A stretch of DNA of 64,000 nt from Phoronis australis (lineage: Eukaryota; Animalia; Phoronida). The notes below the pieces were generated by a model. The model ran no database searches and was not told where the DNA came from. It saw only the letters and a list, made by a program, of their open reading frames with translations. The position numbers were made by a program, and so were the translations under genes. Positions 22,721-36,338 of the stretch are shown here, piece after piece (the stretch's first letter is position 1; every line of letters begins with the position of its first letter). Where the stretch lies: contig NMRA01000082.1 of NCBI GenBank assembly GCA_002633005.1, forward strand, positions 62,001 through 126,000, written 5' to 3'.

Positions 22721-25700
22721 CTGTACACGGTGTTTCTAATATGTATTAATATTTTTTATCAAAGGATAAACACTCGTGGAATGCCGCATGCATTCCGATG
22801 AAAGTTTGTCTTTGAATCAGATTCCTGTTTGATTTCCGTCAACAGGTGTCGGGTTCCGACCAAAGCTAACGTATGTTTTTCTTGTTGCCAGCGACAAAAA
22901 AGCACACAGCAGTCGCCTGCTCCTGTCGTCTGCTTTTTGACGGATGTAAGCGAAATGTCTGTGCCAGATGTTGTCAACACTTTTGTCAAGGTAAAGGTCA
23001 CTCGTTGAGGTCAAAGACGGGTAAGCTTGCAACGTTTTAATATTCAAGAAGTGATGAAAAGCTGGCATTTCCAGTGACGAGTGTATGTCAATAAATTATA
23101 TGATGATTCAGTGTCGTGTTTCGAAGAACAGCTTCAAAGCAGATTAGATTCCCTAGAATTTACCAAATATCTAGAGCACCTAAGCCCACTATCTACAACA
23201 CCAATCTTGTTTCAAATTGTTCGTGTAAAGTGACAATCGCTAATCCCAGTTACCTAGCCAAAACGCATGTGAACGCACTTTCTGTTTCAATTTGACATGA
23301 TATGTTTTAGACTTATCCAAAGAAATTTTAATCTTTTAATGAGCTTGAGTGCGACGATTAGGACGTCGTTTTTGAACCAGTCTATTTTTTATCTTCATAA
23401 TCACGTGAAATGTTTAAAAGCACAAAGCGGGGTATTGTGAACGACAAACTTGGCCACATTCAAATTACAAAACAGTTAAACGTCGGTCAAGCTGATAGGA
23501 ATCACTTCTGTATTAGGACGGTGCCTACTAGAATTAGACGGGTATCAGTTATCCAATCAAAAGTTCAGCAAAAGTTTTTATAGCCCATCGGTTGGGTTTC
23601 AAAGACGAATATCGAATTGGTGACATCGACACCGGAGACAGATCCGATTGTTACAAAGTTCGTATGAGTAATTTGTCGACTTTGTCCCTAGCTGATAGCT
23701 ATCATTGCTCTTCAATGAGGTCGCTTTTTTAATTTTAAGTACAAAATACATAGCCATCAACCATAACAACAATCAACTCCGCGGAAATTGTACAACACGT
23801 CGGTATCAAAAGGAAATACATGTTGCGTATCCGACGTCACCACTCGACTACTACCGGGTATTAGGCAATAGTGTTGTCTATTACAAATACGCCTGTCGTG
23901 AAATTAAACAACACCGCACCCGTTCTTAATACTTAAGGTATTTACCCATAATGCAGCAAATGTCTCAAGCACTTGTTCTACTTATTCACATGCAAATGTA
24001 CCTATCACTAATTCATGATGTAATTCATCATTGTAATGCAAGCAAACTTTTATCAGGATTGAATTTTATGTTGCCATGCGGACATCAAAACACTACCACA
24101 CAAGCAAATATTAGTGCTAAGTGTGATCCCCTTATTAATCAACTCACGACTGTCTGGCCTTGAGTAGGTCAGTTATGCAATGTATTTTTGTTCCTCCACT
24201 ACAGGGGAGAGTTCACTTTGAGGATGGGCCTATGTGACCTGATAGCGTCGTTGCCTCGTTTCTGATTCAACATGAGATGTAGTGAAAGATTAGCAGGCTG
24301 CTGGCAACAACGGACGAAACTGTCAATTAAAACGAAACGTAACCTCATTTTGGTGACTAGCACGAATGTGTTTTGTTTTACACGTTTGCGAATGGTACGG
24401 TACAAGACAAAAGGAATTGGACAAAATATCCTGTCCCCGCAATGATGGTGGCTAGTTCTGTTAACAGCAAAAATGTGTGGTAACTAATTGCTATGGCCGA
24501 ACTATTTTAGTTCCAAACTGTCTTAACCACCTTGCGCACTTTCCCTTAAACCCTCCCTCGTCAGTCGTGAAGTAAGATTGCTCTGACGACTGATGAATTC
24601 GGTTTCCGCTCTTTGGTCACGACGAGGAATTCTGGGTCATTTTGTCTCAATGCGTTCTGGATTGTACTGTAGTTGAAAAGAAATATCGATTGCTTTAAAC
24701 AGTTTTAGGGAAAATGATGTCTAAAAGAAGATGGTGTGTCTTTGAAATATGCGCGGTAGATTTACAATATAAATGTTCTGGAGGAAAGTGAAATATGACG
24801 TCACGATTTTATACACGGCAGCATGATACTGTCCATCGCGCAACACGACATGCATGCCTTGGCAAACGACAATACCATAGATGACTACTGCTAGTCTGGG
24901 AGCCAGATGTGAAAAGTATTTTAGTTTGGATTTGTCCAATAGTATTTTTATAGTCATTTGTTGAGTTTCCCTTTAACCAAACGGTTCCGGCTTAGCTTTG
25001 TTGAAACGATCGCCGCAGACCTACTAGTTTTACCTTCTTTGATCGATCTTTAGGTTTTGTTCGTCTGCAACACTAGGAGGCGTGGGTCTGCTAGCGAGTC
25101 TTCGATACTCGCGAATACTCACTAGTGTACTTACCTTCCGGGGATTTCTTAAGTTTTCAGGACGACAATTAGAAAAAGAAACATTGGTCACACAAACCAA
25201 GGTTTAAAAATGTCACAGGGCTTTTAACCGCAAATGATGTATGTTATTTGCACCAGTAATTTAATACCATCAAACACCCTGCATATGAAAAAGTGGTTGT
25301 TTAGATGTAAATTTACAAAAATTGTTCCATGTCTCGCCATGCTTTCGAGAAAATGGTAAAGACCGATTATTCGGTATAAGTTTGACGTCAACTTGATCAT
25401 GTTGTGAGTTAGTAAAAATTCCGTACAGGCTTTCAATTTTGTCTGTGACAATGTTCAGGTAAAGTTAGCCAGCAAAACCGATATTTTGCTTGTTTTGATT
25501 GCGCAAAGATTAACCTTTCTGAGGAAATGTTGCTAAGAACTATACCTCGAAAAAGTTTTTCCGTGATAATTAATGATTTTAACACTTGTTGTATGAGAAC
25601 TTGAAATTGGGCTGCTATTAATCCTTGTCAGTATCCCAGGTTTTTAAGTGTTAAAGAATATGGAGACGACTCTCGTGACTTCTCATTTTTCGCTTGTAGT

Positions 25701-26268
25701 TATATTCACATATGCCATTTTCTTGGAACGTTGCTATATTTAGGTTTGACAGGCTGCTAACTTTGTTAGTGCATACAGGTGTTTTGGGAGACGCGTTCAG
25801 GCAGACACCGTAATTAAGATCGGAGCGTTACCGTGACATTACGCACCCTCGGGCTATAACCTGTCGGTGTGACGAACACACTGTAAACAGAGTGGGCGAC
25901 CCTATCAGCCCGTGCAACTCTGCCTCGGGCATTGCATGTCGGGAAATTTAACTTGGCTAGAAACTGTCAATGTTTTTCTAACATTTTGGCAAGCAAACAC
26001 TGTTGCATTGACGTCTTGACTTCTGTCAATCAATGCTTTCATTTGAACCCTATGTCGACGACGTCTCAATTATTCCTTTTTAAAGTATTTATCAAATTAA
26101 CCTACAGAAGGTGTTGTCGAAAAAAGTTATGCCTATGCTGTGTGGACTCCTGTCGGATGCTGTTTGCACTAATTCTGAGGCCAACACGGTACACATAGAC
26201 GCTTTATAAGTGGTACTACGTTCTAATCTAACTTCAGACAAAAATATAAGTAATTTTAAAGTGAGTGT

Positions 26269-27220
26269 AGATCCACCTTCTGTCACTTGCTGATTTAGAC
26301 CACATGCCGCCATGAAATTGGTGTCAGGTTGTTCCTCAGTCGAAATGTGTGTGAGGTTTCTGGACTCGGAAAAAATGACAGCCATTAATGTGGACCAGGC
26401 TCTGCAATCTGACTTGCCACGGTGGGCTATTTTATTAGCCGAGCATAATCTCGGGGAACAATGAAAAGTCAGATCTTTGCGAAGTTCAAGTTGTCTAAAT
26501 CAAAATTTAGTTCAAATTATTGGACGGAACGCAGATTCATAGCTGCTTTAAGGTAGCTTGCATCGAGAGTGCACGATCATGTTTGGGCCATTTACAAGAA
26601 AACGCCGGCAGAAGTTATGCAGTGCACATGCAAACGGAAGCGTACTTTCTGAAATTGCTTTATGAGTGATTGTACGCCCAAAGGACAGTTTCGTGCAGTA
26701 TGAGTGATTGTACGCTCAAAGGACAGTCTCGTGCAATAATGAACTNAGATCCACCTTCTGTCACTTGCTGATTTAGACCACATGCCGCCATGAAATTGGT
26801 GTCAGGTTGTTCCTCAGTCGAAATGTGTGTGAGGTTTCTGGACTCGGAAAAAATGACAGCCATTAATGTGGACCAGGCTCTGCAATCTGACTTGCCACGG
26901 TGGGCTATTTTATTAGCCGAGCATAATCTCGGGGAACAATGAAAAGTCAGATCTTTGCGAAGATCAAGTTGTCTAAATCAAAATTTAGTTCAAATTATTG
27001 GACGGAACGCAGATTCATAGCTGCTTTAAGGTAGCTTGCATCGAGAGTGCACGATCGTGTTTGGGCCATTTACAAGAAAACGGCAGAAGTTATGCAGTGC
27101 ACATGCAAACGGTGGCGTACTTTCTGAAATTGCTTTATGAGTGATTGTACGCCCAAAGGACAGTTTCGTGCAGTATGAGTGATTGTACGCTCAAAGGACA
27201 GTCTCGTGCAATAATCAACT
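26269..27220. repeat. Near-identical tandem duplication (26269-26745 / 26747-27220) joined by a single N; probable assembly overlap
   Basis: Copies differ by a few substitutions and a 3-bp indel; N at 26746. Each copy contains a 38-bp internal tandem (tatgagtgattgtacgc..aaaggacagt..cgtgca). Confidence 0.9.
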
Positions 27221-30200
27221 GTGGGTTCTTCCCGAGCCTAGAAGTATTTGCTCGAGTCATGAACTAGCCAACCAGTTTTATTGCGGTTAGAGATCCAAGT
27301 CACATGGCGGCGTTATAGTCCCCAAAATGAACAACAACTCGTGCCACATCGGGCACCAAATTTCTCGTCGAACGTAATCATTGTCTGCTCACGGGCGAAC
27401 TTTAGTCACGTGGCCAATAATTGTCCAGTTCCAAAGTCCCGCGACATACCCAGATATTGTTCTCCACCGAGACAAAAATATTCTCACTAGTTACATTTGT
27501 CCGAGGGTATATGCAAGGCTACGAAAATACACGAGGTGTCCCGGATGCATGTGCCACTACAAGATCGTCACATGACATAAGACTCACATTCCCTGTACAT
27601 TACTGTATCCCTCATGATACTTTAGTTCACTGAAATGTAAAAGATCGGATGTCCCTGAATACGGCCTCATTATAAGTCAAAATGGCGACTGAACGAAAGA
27701 AGGAATACAATAAGGCTGGCACTTCCAAGCGATATTTTTAGATGAAACTTGCAAAACGAAATATCCGAAGCCATAGTGTACCCATTCAGTATGGGGTGGC
27801 CACTACTGTGGGATACAGCAACTGTCTTCTTATACATATAGTCTAAACGTGGGACTGGCATGCCAGTGTCCCCTCCCTTTCAGAGCGTTTGATGACTTTT
27901 GCAGTTTTGTTTATAAATGTTTATCACGTCTGATTTTTTTTTTTCACACAAGAGCATGATAACATTTCCGTCTTATACAAGGATAACAGAGTGAGACAAC
28001 TCTCTTGAAAACTTGTGAGGTATTTTTAGTTTAAATGATGACACTGCTCAAAGTGACAGCACCCGCGTCATCAGCCAAAACGAGGAATAGAACCCGCAAT
28101 TCACGAAGAATAACAATAACCTCAGCAACCTTCACCATTAATACTTGAGTACACAATACTGGGAGGAGAGTATCAAACCAAGGACATGCTTCAAGAAAAC
28201 ATGACTTAATGATCAAGTCTGAATTTTGGTCTGACGCTAAACACAACTTTTTCTGAAGACGACTAATCATACCTCACTTTAGCATAAATGCAGTCTCTGA
28301 AAGTGTAACCATAACTTCTTGTTACTAAGATAACTTGTGTTGTTCATTTTCAGGTTTTGAAGTGATAATAATTTCATTACTAACCTTCCTTAAGTAACTG
28401 CTAAGTGGAAACTTAACCTTAAGGCAATTTGCATCAAATAGACTCCTGAAAAGTCGAACCGGGAAATGGCATGTAAAACGCGTTAATTGTTGCGATGGCA
28501 GGTTTCACACAAAAAGAGAATTGCGCCTCCTAATGCTTTAAAGTAAGCTTACGTAAGGTGACGTTAAAGCATTGAAAAAACAAATTCAGTTTGTCCGGCG
28601 ATATTTGGAGTAACCCAAGCAGCGTTTATAATTAAGCATAGACTTGTGGTATGCGACGCGTTAAGTTTGTTGACGGTTGAACACTTAGGTTGTAGGTTCT
28701 CGTCGACAAGTCTGCGTGTTTAAAGAAATTTCATCTCAGTAAAGGTATGTGTTTTTTGAAAGAAAAAAGACCCTAGGGTTTGACTCTTGACTTATTACGA
28801 ATCTAATAATTAATTAATTACTTAAGTTTAGAAATAAACAAAGGTATTTTATTAGCAAAACAACGGCATCAAAAACTTGATCAAATGTCAAAATATTCCA
28901 TGACGAAATCTCAAAAACGACGTTTGAGTTTTATAAATTGTTATTTTATTTTTCTTTTGTCCAGCGATTTAGTTTTTTCATGGTGGAAATTGTGGCAGTC
29001 TCGTTTTGATTTGCCCCTCAAGTGGAACATTTAAAAACCAATTCCTAACAGCGTAATGCACAGCACTGCATAGGACTGTACCTTTATTTGAAACCCATGG
29101 AACATTTCTGAGAAATGATGTTTCGAAGACGAATTTGGACATTACATGTATTCTCAGGGTCCTACATAAATACCGTGTGTGAACTACATACATGGGAGGA
29201 CAAAAACTTCAGTTCACGGTAACTCATAGGGAATGAACTGAATTGGACATCAGTTGATGTCGTTAACGGAGTAAATAAATATGGTCAGATAAACGACCTG
29301 ACAAGTAAAGATCACTGTATTTGGGAGTAGTAACATTCTTATTGCAAAATTGTTTGAGTAAACCTGAGTGTAGTAGCCTACAATGGCGGGGATGGCGAAA
29401 CTTATAACCAAAAACAGTTCTCAATGAACAGTGAGATGAGAATGACCTAATTATCACAATCGTTGATTGAACTATTGATTCTGGACCAACTGAGCGAGAA
29501 AGCAGAACGAGGCCGTGAGTGTGTGAAAGGTGGTTCGCTTTCTGAGAATGAAGAAGACAGTGTGCTACAACACGAACACCACTATGTCCTACGTAGTGTA
29601 GAAATATCCTCAGCTATGATGAACGGGATGGGCGAATGCTTGTCGCTGCTATTCATGTAAAGTAGTTCCGATTTACTTTCACTGAAAACTGTTCCCTGTG
29701 TCTTGATTGCATTTTGGGAAGTGGACCTCTTCTTGGCATGCTAAATTTCACAGCGTTAGCACATTATCAGTAATATTCACAATATGGGCAATATCAACAA
29801 GTGGCCATGAATGAGGTATTTCATGCAAGCGTTCGGCCTTTTTAACTCGATGACACTTTTATGGGTTTAGCTATTTTTAAATCCATAAATACGTGAAACA
29901 AATCCCGTACGCTGTTTATAATTAGGTTGCATTTGCAATTTCACTTGAAACTTGCCAGACCATGTCGTTGGTAAATATTAACAGAGACTCGGATCGTTTC
30001 TAGGACGCGAGGCCTCACACCCTGTTTAGGTAACTGCGTACGTTTTAACCAAGTACATGTATGTAACTATATTAGCTGTTACTGACGCTTGTCATCTCGA
30101 TCACTCTCTCTGGTACGTTTTTCTGTCTCTTTAGATTTTTACAACTGTACGCCGCGCACATCATCCGGAACAAATCGAGTGTTTTCGTAACCGCAAATCT

Positions 30201-30330
30201 CCCCTCGGAGGTGAACGGTATCTACGTACAAACTTCAGACATACGTTCAAGCATCCTCCAGTTTGAAAGTCACATGACTGGAGTCATCACACGTGTAGAG
30301 GGAAAATGCGAGGTTTCGAAAATACTCTAA

Positions 30331-30871
30331 GCGTTTCACACCGGTGTGCGTTCAGTTGTGCGGTGCGGCTGAGTACGTCAGTATTGCGTACTCATGAAAA
30401 CAATGTTGTTGTGCGCATTTTACGCTAGGATTACAAATACATGTACATGTAAGTTGGCGAAGACGGTAGCACACTCTGGCGTAGACGTGGCGTACAGCTG
30501 CTACGTGTTGCCTAAACTTGCGAAAAAGTACACAATTTCTGCGTTCAGAATTATAGCAGAAACAAACAAACATGCTTAACTTTCAAAATTTTGCGTGGTC
30601 TTTTACGTCCCTCTGACTATTGCCACGTAACCCCTCCAGCATAGACACAGCGTAGTGCAATGTGAACTAGACGTACTCATAACGCACCACTATAGTATCC
30701 CTACGCAAGCCTAGTGCGCAACCTCTTGGCTATAAATCAGATATTTTAGGATCGGCCCATAACTATCTATATTTTTCTAATTTCAGGATCATTTTAGCAT
30801 GCTAAGTGATTAAATTCTTTTGTATTTCCGGCGCCGTAAGACCATTAAGCACGTATAGCAGGTGTGAAATG
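30331..30871. mobile_element. MITE-like element with TTTCACACC / GGTGTGAAA inverted ends
   Basis: cgtttcacacc at 30332 and ggtgtgaaatg at 30861-30871; internal inverted agtacgtc / gacgtact. Confidence 0.5.
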
Positions 30872-31500
30872 AAGAATAGCGTTTGTCGTTTCTTTTTATT
30901 GCAAGTTCTCAAGTTACTATTGCTCTAAGCTAAGATTCCTTACATTTGATGATCTAACACGCGTAGAATTTAAATGTTTATATAAAAGCAAATTCCCCTG
31001 TGCGCGCTCTTTTTCGCAATTTACGACTTCCGAAGCCATGTTTGCTTTACAGCGGCCAGCAAAACTTGCCAAGGCAGAAACAAAATCTTCAATTACACTC
31101 ACCCTAATGTAAACTGACGTGGTTCTTTTAAGTTTTTCTAAGCAAAGCGTGAAGTCTAAACTAAAAACCCAGATTCGAGAGTAGCCTGCCAGATACTTAT
31201 ATGCTCAAACCGCACCAAGCACCGAATTTTACGTACGAACCATTTGGTTTGAGAACGAAAATGCGAATGAGTCGATGTTCATGCGCATGCCTCGATGTCC
31301 GAGCCCATTGTTTGAGTGGTTTACTTTTGTGCATATGCATTTTCGGGTTGTATGCATGTTTTTTTGCTCTTGCCCATACTGCACTTCGAACATATGCTTC
31401 GACGGCTCGTGCGGATGATTCGAGGTTTGTATGTACCGTTACGCGATGCCTTTGTGATTGAACTTGCAGAAAAGTACTGCACAAAGTTAACACGTTTAAG

Positions 31501-32125
31501 AGGAGGAATCAACAATTGGTCAGACTACAAAGCCAAATGGCCGGTAATCAAACTTGTTGTCCGGACTTCAAAACGCGATCGCTTCACCTAAAGAACTAGT
31601 TGGCTGGACCCAAAACACGATGGCCGGTGCTTTTAACAGTAAGCCGGTGATCAAACACGACGGTTGGACTTCCTAAGAGGCTCACTTTGAATGTCTCGAA
31701 GGATTCAAGTGACATCTAGTGTCTACTTTCCGTACACATTCGTTTAGCTTTGTTCAAAATCGGCGATTTGTTCAACAAATTGTGTTTGCCCACCGGACAA
31801 CCTGTTTTAGGTCTGGCCCATAGGCGGATTTAGAAGGAGGACAAGGGACCCATGCTCACCAAAATTCTCCCATGTTCCATTTGCCAGTTCGAGGAGCGAA
31901 TGTCTGACGGGCAAAATCCTGGTTAATACTCTGCCCTGCCCCCCACCCCTAACTCGAAATCCTGGATCCGCCCTTTCGGTCTACCAGGGTTTTGGGTGCG
32001 ACCATCTGGTTTTGAGGTACCGGACATCGCGTTTCAAGTTCAACCACCAAGTTAGAACACCGGCCATTGGGTTTGAATTCCCGAGCCAAGTTGATTTAAT
32101 TTTCGATCAATTGTTGGTCCCCCTT
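31501..32125. mobile_element. MITE with about 21-bp TIRs and subterminal ggccggt repeats, carrying a nested family A element
   Basis: aggaggaatcaacaattggtc (31501-31521) versus gatcaattgttggtccccctt (32105-32125); ggccggt(g/a) repeats on the left and accgg on the right. Confidence 0.6.
31819..31977. mobile_element. Family A MITE nested in the 31501-32125 element
   Basis: cataggcggatt ... cctggatccgccc; internal sequence shared with 12255-12390; degenerate flanking duplication ggtctggcc / ggtctacc. Confidence 0.7.
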
Positions 32126-32849
32126 GCAATTTGAAAGAAGCTTCAACTCAGTCGCGACGGCTTATTTGAAATTGTGTGAGAAATATATGCAGAAACACGT
32201 ACACGTCTTTGTTGACGTCACGCAATAGTTCCCCTTCCTGCACTGCTCATCTTTCAACATGTCAGATGGTAATAAATAAAGAAAATCGTCAGCAGCAACG
32301 CTCATTTACATCATCCTCATATTATACTTCGTTCTAATCGTCGTCACCGTCCTCGTTGTCGTCACTGTTGTCAGGTCGTCTTCATTAACGTTGTCAATGT
32401 CGTTGTCTTTATTTATTCGTGATCTTTTCTGTAACTCAATCATATGATCGCCATTTTGTTCAAAGATAACACTACAGACCATGGGGAGTCGTTGAAAAAA
32501 TGCATGTAATCAAGATTTCTAATTTCAAATGAACTCGTCAGTTTTGCGGTCAAAATTTACCTGATAAAAACGTGATAGCGAAAAATGTCTACAGTGCACG
32601 CTAAAAATAACTTATCTCTGTCAGCGTAGCCAAAAATATAAAATATGGCTTTATGGTCGAACACGTCGTAAAGTCGCAGCCTATTTTTGACGCACTGATA
32701 AAAGCGTATTGTGGCGACTGACTCCAACTTTTAGAAACTTATCTTGATTTACCTTTGGAACTGTGAGAAAACGTTAACACAGGCTTAACTCATGCCTGAA
32801 TAAGGTATTGATGCTTTAATTGTTGAATTTAGATGGTACAAACATTCCN

Positions 32850-32920
32850 TGGTGGGGGTGGTGGTGGTGGGTGGTGGCTGTGGTGAATCGTTAGTGGTGA
32901 TGATGGTGATTGTGGTTGGG
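32850..32920. repeat. (GGT)n low-complexity repeat adjoining an N
   Basis: ggtgggggtggtggtggtgggtggtgg...ggtgatgatggtg; N at 32849. Confidence 0.75.
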
Positions 32921-35679
32921 AAGGCATAGCTACATTTTGCCTATATTTCTTACAACCGGGAAAATGAATCCTCAGAAAAATATGTCACATGTAGAGAAAG
33001 ACACGTGTTTCCCTTTTAGATACTAACCAAGATTCCTCAAGAGAGAAACAGCGTCGCTGGGGCTATATACAGCTGTAGTAACATCCGGGGACAGATAAAG
33101 TTGCATGCCTGTAAAACAAGATACAAGGTCATTTGTATAGGTGCCCGTTAGTAAATAGAAACGGAATTCGAAGTAATCTAAAAAGTGCGGAGTCAATTGC
33201 AAATAATGATTTTTAATGATGTTTAATTGATTAAATCCATTCGAACGCTGTTTCGTGTATTGAAACCACTGGGGAACGAACTCATTCATAAATCCAAGAC
33301 AGCGTGATTGATCCAGTCTGAAGAAAGCATCTCTCTGTGTCCCAAATGATAGCATAAGCAACGTTAGTTGGAGAAACCTCAGCATTGTTATTCAATGCAT
33401 TTTGGTTTTACAGTGTAGATTACTGTTCAATATTCGACTTGGGTGTCTCTCATGGCGCTGTGTCAAGCAGCCCCCACCCACCCACCAAAAATATAGTCAA
33501 GTATCACCGAGGCTAAACAAAGATAGTGCGGAGACGCCGGTAAAAGGGCTTTCTAGTTGATTTTTTGTTCAGCCATTTAAGGGCAGGGTTGTTTATTACG
33601 CATAAAGGAATATGCACTGTCTTTATGTTTGTTGCACTGCGTACCACTTTGGATCCGCCGCTGTGTAGACCAACCAATTACTTCCGATTTTGCACGTGTT
33701 CCCCGCTTAGTAACGACAATGCCATCCACCCGAATGACCCCATCAGGGATGAGCTTGACATCCTATTCTTTCGTTTAGCAAAAAAAATATCAAATCGCGT
33801 TTTTTGTATACATGAGACACAAAAACATTGTAATGAGTAACGTTAACTAAACGTTTAAGTCGTTGTTAGGTAAATATTTGTGCATAGTTGCGCTGAACAG
33901 TCTAATACAAAACCTGGCGGTTCCACCTCCAAGTGAAAACGAACTCCAAACTCGGCTATAAACTCCCGCCCGGTGATCCCTTTTTAGCATGAACATAAAC
34001 AAAAATAACCGCAACAAATAAAAGCAGAAATTAACGTTTACGACCACCTATAGTTCCGCTGTCGTAAACTATTACTTGATCAGCGTGTAAGAATTCAGGT
34101 GTACGGGCTTTTAGCTAAAATTCGGCGACCGAGTAGAACGAGGGCTCCAGGAATTCGTTAAATCTTTTTTGTTGTTCGTGTGTTGTGGTCTGTGAAAGCC
34201 CTTCACGAGATCTGATTACACGGGTGCACAACTCCAGACATTGGAATAATTGCTGGATTATTGCGAAGTAATTGCAAGGAAAGACTGTTTTGTTGTCGAC
34301 AAACAATCACCAGACGGGTTCTTTACGGTGTGGAATTTCAAAAAAAATAGAATCTGACTCCATGATGTGCAGACATACGCTTTGACTACAAAGGAGAAAT
34401 TAATATAAATATGAATCTGATACAAAAATGAGAAGACTCGATACATTTGATTTTCTTTCGTGCCGATGAAAGTTTGGAAAAACGATTCTGTTTAGTGTTT
34501 GACTACTGTACATACATGCAAATGGAACAATGCAGTTAAACATTGATTTGAGGTCAATTCGCCTGTCACTACAAAGAACTGAGGTTTTTTCCATCGCGCA
34601 TGTCAAAATTATGAGGCGCCAGCACGTGCCTTCCGACAACCTTACCCGCTATACTGTGTACAGCATACATACATGCAGACATGTAGAATTTGTAAAACAA
34701 TAGTTCGGTATTGACTTAAAGTCAATATCACCTGTGTGCATTCTTACCGCGACGCCCGTTTGTGTAAAACTACTCAACGTTTTGTCTTAATCATATAAGG
34801 GCGAACCCAGACCGTAAAACGGGGGTATTAGCACCTATATCTGTTTCCTATCACGTTCCCCAAGTTGCTCTGGCGTGAAAATATCCTTGAACACAGACCA
34901 ACAGAATTCTACCAAGACCACTGTTTGTTGGACACGAAACAATAAGATTTCCATGCAGTCAATAGGTTTAGAATGGCCATCGGGACCTGTTGAAATAGTT
35001 GATAACGCTTTAGGAATGTTTCCAGTCCCTGAATCTGTGCAGTTCGCACGGCGTATCCTGTTCAAGTGACATTAATTCGTTTTTCAGACCTGCATTTATC
35101 ATTCAAGTCTGCAGGGAGCTGTAGTAGATTCTCAGACAACAACTGTTCTCAAGTGCTCACAGATGCGTGCCGACTACTAGTTTTAAATCTACCACGTGGG
35201 TGGCATAAATTTATCCAAAATACCACAGTATTAATAAGTTTTCAATCACAAGACGGCCAGTCCTGATGACGACCTTTGACCTTTTATAACACCGCGCTTG
35301 GTAGATCAAGCTTTTTCGAGAAAAGAGAGATCATAGACGTGGCTGGAATTTGCTGTTTGGGGAAACCATGAAACAGATTTGACCAAATTTCGTCAACCTA
35401 CGTCATAATACACCGAAAACCCATTTCTTAAAACGTTGCACACAAGCGGACTTAACGACCAAAATATTGTAGAGGCCGCGCGAGCAATTTTCCTTTTAGA
35501 ATAATGTTTAACCCTCCATGCAAAATGTTAGGTCCGATAGTAGTTCCTTCAGGTTGACAAAACTCATCTTTTGAGCTTACTATTTGGACGAAGAATGGCA
35601 ATGATTTAATCAAATGTCAACCTGCGTCAATTTTATTCTTACAAGATTTGCTTATAATTTGCAAAAATTATATATGAAT

Positions 35680-35901
35680 CATGGACCCGTTCTAAGAAAC
35701 TGACTTCAGTTCATTTTTGGCTTAAGCCTAAGATTTGTCACAACTTTCAAAATTTCCACATCTTGTAAGTTTGTGGAACTAAAGACAAAACTTAAGTCAA
35801 AAACTCAAGTCAAAGTTAAGATCACTATCTTGGAACGGACTTAATTAACTAAAATTTAAGATTTGTCTTAGCTAAGTTAGTTTTCATGGAACGGAACCCT
35901 G
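35680..35901. mobile_element. MITE with CA(G/T)GGxxCCGTTC TIRs and internal cttaag repeats
   Basis: catggacccgttctaagaaa versus ttttcatggaacggaaccctg; interior rich in cttaag/ttaag. Confidence 0.6.
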
Positions 35902-36203
35902 GTCTAAAACGGCCGTCCATTTTAGAGGACGTATAAGCATGTAAATAGGAAAGAGGTGAACCTTTTGATGTTTTGTGATGTGCGAGTTAAGTTCCAAATC
36001 TTTCTTCAAAATACATATTGTTGTGCGAGAAATACGTGTAGTTCGGTGCTTCTAGAGGGCATGCGCACAAAATGGCCGGGCGCAGGCACTCAGCAATGGG
36101 GTACCCGCCAAAAACTCAGAATTTGTGCACGTTAAAGTGAATTACAGTGCAATAATGGAATACATGTTACTCATTCAGTTTTGGCATAATGCAAATCAAA
36201 AAT

Positions 36204-36338
36204 AAATCAATTTCTGGATTTACTGTAAACTAATGATAACGTAGCGTTCCCACACTTCAGCTTCAGACGATCTGTAGAAGTCTCCGAGATGGGCACGCTA
36301 CGTTGTCATTAGTTTACAGTAAGTCTAGAAATTGATTT
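36204..36338. repeat. 135-bp fold-back palindrome (49-bp arms)
   Basis: aaatcaatttctggatttactgtaaactaatgataacgtagcgttccca versus tgggcacgctacgttgtcattagtttacagtaagtctagaaattgattt: 45 of 49 positions are Watson-Crick pairs. Confidence 0.9.

Noticed and set aside
26660-26740. 38-bp repeats as a CRISPR-like array
   Set aside because: Directly adjacent tandem units with no spacers, eukaryotic context and no cas genes; copy number is doubled by the assembly overlap.
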